Source: Candidatus Bathyarchaeota archaeon | Lineage (GTDB): Archaea; Thermoproteota; Bathyarchaeia; Bathyarchaeales; DTEX01 | Length of the DNA: 64,000 nt | NCBI GenBank assembly: GCA_963714275.1 | Contig: CAVQNT010000006.1 | Coordinates: 64,001 to 128,000 of the forward strand | Reading direction: 5' to 3' | Position numbers and translations under genes: made by a program | Notes under the pieces: model-generated | The model's database searches: none | Told to the model about the DNA's origin: nothing | The model's input: the letters and a program-made list of their open reading frames with translations, nothing else | Part shown: positions 62,116 through 64,000 of the stretch, piece by piece | Numbering within the stretch: the first letter of the stretch is position 1 | How the letters are laid out: every line of letters starts with the position of its first letter

Positions 62116-64000
62116 CTACGCCGGTACTTCTACGAGGACTGACTGGTCGAAGGTCTTCCGTATGCTGAACTCGGCTTGTTTGCTGTCGTTCCACTGATCA
62201 ACCGGTCTAAGGTAACCCACAATTCTAGAGTAAACTTCACATTTGGCTCCGCAGTGCGGGCACGTTTTCTGTTCTCCGTTGAGGTATCCGTGAGTTGTGC
62301 ATATGCTGAAGGTCGGAGTTAACGAGTAGTAGGGAAGATGGGCTGTGTGGGCGACCTTCTTGACTAACTCAGCAGCAGCCTTCCACGAGTGGATTCTTTC
62401 TCCGAGGAAAATGTGGAAAACGGTGCCGCCTGTGTAGAGGGTTTGAAGGTTGTCTTGGTGCTCGAGGGCTTCGAAAAGGTCTCCTGTATAGTCGACGGGG
62501 AGATGGGTGGAGTTCGTGTAGAATGGTTCTGCGCCTTTTAAGATTTGTTTCTCGTTCGCAGCGATGATGTTTGGATAATGTTCTTTGTCAAGATGCGGAA
62601 GCCTGTAGGATACTCCTTCAGCAGGGGTTGCCTCCAGATTGTACATGTTTCCCGTTTCTTCTTGGTATTCAAGAAGCTTGTCGCGCATGAACTTCAGGAC
62701 TTTCGTCGCGAACTTCATTCCTTCGTCGTTTGATATTCCGTATCCGAAAAGGTTGAGCAGGGCTTCGTTCATTCCGATTAAGCCGATTGTGGAGAAGTGG
62801 TTCTTCCAGAAGCTGCCGTAAGCTTCCTTCACAAACCGCAGGTAGTACCTTGAATAAGGATACAGCCCCTTCTCTGTGAACCTTTCAAGCACTTTCCTCT
62901 TTATCTCCAAGCTGTCCTTGGCTATCTGCATCATCTCCTCAAGTCTTACGAAGAATTTTTCCTCGTTTTTGGTCAGGTACCCAATCCGAGGCATGTTCAA
63001 CGTTACAACGCCGATTGAGCCCGTGAGTGGGCTTGCCCCGAAGAATCCTCCACCCCTTTTCCTCAACATTCGATTGTCTATCCTAAGGCGGCAACACATG
63101 CTTCGCACGTCTTCAGGCGACATGTCGCTGTTGACAAAGTTGGAAAAATATGGCGTCCCATACTTGGCGGTTGCCTCAAAAATCTTCTGAGCCACCGGCG
63201 AATCCCAGTCAAAATCATCAGTAATGTTATATGTTGGAATGGGGAACGTGAAGACCCGTCCCTTCGCGTCTCCCTCAACCATAACCTCAGCGAAGGCAGA
63301 ATTGAACATGTTAATCTCGTTCTGCATGTCGCCGTAGGCGTCGTCTAACATTGTTCCTCCGCGGATGATGGGCTCGTCTTTCATGAAGTTCGGGACGTTG
63401 AGGTCAAGAGTCACGTTTGTGAAGGGAGTCTGGAACCCTACACGAGTAGGAACATTGATGTTAAAGAAAAATTCCTGAAGCGCCTGCTTAACCTCTCTTT
63501 CAGCTAAGCCGTCATAATGGATGAAGGGTGCAAGGTACGTGTCAAAGTTACTGAAAGCCTGTGCGCCAGCCGCTTCTCCCTGAAGCGTATAAAAAAAGTT
63601 GACGACTTGCCCAAGAGCCGTCCTGAAATGTTTCGCGGGCCTGCTTTCAATTTTTCCTGAAACTCCGCCGAATCCTGAGAGGAGAAGTTCCCTAAGGTCC
63701 CATCCGACGCAGTACGGACCTAGAACGCCGAGGTCGTGGAGGTGCATGTCGCCTGAATAGTGAGCGTCCGCAATGTTAGGCGGGTAGATTCGGCTTGCCC
63801 AGTATTTTTCTATTACCTTTGTTGTCAAGTAATTGTTCAATCCTTGCAAGGAATAGCTCATATTCGAGTTTTCCCGCACGTACCAATCTTCAACGTCTAC
63901 GTACTGTTCCACAAGGTCCGAGGAGCTCAGAAACACCGCGAGTTCCCTTATGTCCTGATGTTGCTTCCGGTACAGGATGTACGCCTTCGCTGTTCGGGCA
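62116..64000 (-). CDS. nrdD: Class III anaerobic ribonucleoside-triphosphate reductase; 5' end outside the window
   Basis: HLHDL, PYC, FTFPIPT, RSMCCRL, EATPAE, YSRIVGYLRP (glycyl radical site). Confidence 0.96.
   Translation of the reverse strand, partial: ARTAKAYILYRKQHQDIRELAVFLSSSDLVEQYVDVEDWYVRENSNMSYSLQGLNNYLTTKVIEKYWASRIYPPNIADAHYSGDMHLHDLGVLGPYCVGWDLRELLLSGFGGVSGKIESRPAKHFRTALGQVVNFFYTLQGEAAGAQAFSNFDTYLAPFIHYDGLAEREVKQALQEFFFNINVPTRVGFQTPFTNVTLDLNVPNFMKDEPIIRGGTMLDDAYGDMQNEINMFNSAFAEVMVEGDAKGRVFTFPIPTYNITDDFDWDSPVAQKIFEATAKYGTPYFSNFVNSDMSPEDVRSMCCRLRIDNRMLRKRGGGFFGASPLTGSIGVVTLNMPRIGYLTKNEEKFFVRLEEMMQIAKDSLEIKRKVLERFTEKGLYPYSRYYLRFVKEAYGSFWKNHFSTIGLIGMNEALLNLFGYGISNDEGMKFATKVLKFMRDKLLEYQEETGNMYNLEATPAEGVSYRLPHLDKEHYPNIIAANEKQILKGAEPFYTNSTHLPVDYTGDLFEALEHQDNLQTLYTGGTVFHIFLGERIHSWKAAAELVKKVAHTAHLPYYSLTPTFSICTTHGYLNGEQKTCPHCGAKCEVYSRIVGYLRPVDQWNDSKQAEFSIRKTFDQSVLVEVPA

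Overview
Archaeal DNA, probably Bathyarchaeia/TACK (inferred from archaeal-type uS5-uL30-uL15-SecY-EMC3-Cmk, Taw1, HdrBC, an ESCRT-III/CdvB homologue and archaeal type IV pilins). Many genes, including essential ones, are broken by single-base indels, most likely long-read assembly errors, so several genes below are reconstructed across frames. Bases 1 to about 11.45 kb are the right part of an integrated virus-like element: portal, DUF2213-type prohead protease, scaffold, decoration protein and an HK97-fold capsid protein, then a glycosyltransferase, AT-rich defence-like cargo (AbiV-like HEPN, PD-(D/E)xK nuclease), a tyrosine integrase and small ORFs. No tail genes are recognisable. The most striking observation is that the capsid protein reads like a family 1 encapsulin, and the reading frame that appears to end the scaffold gene contains GLTVGDL, close to the encapsulin cargo-loading peptide LTVGSL. 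This suggests a link between viruses and encapsulins. The rest is host genome: a sugar isomerase/kinase/aldolase operon, the distal end of the ribosomal protein operon, a multi-pilin type IV pilus locus with a vWA pilin, an ABC/S-layer locus, an ECF S component with a NikR-type operator, a GH29 fucosidase, tRNA-Ala(GGC), a GltD/NfnB-like flavoprotein and a class III ribonucleotide reductase. An unannotated intergenic element of about 150-200 bp with internal repeats occurs three times.
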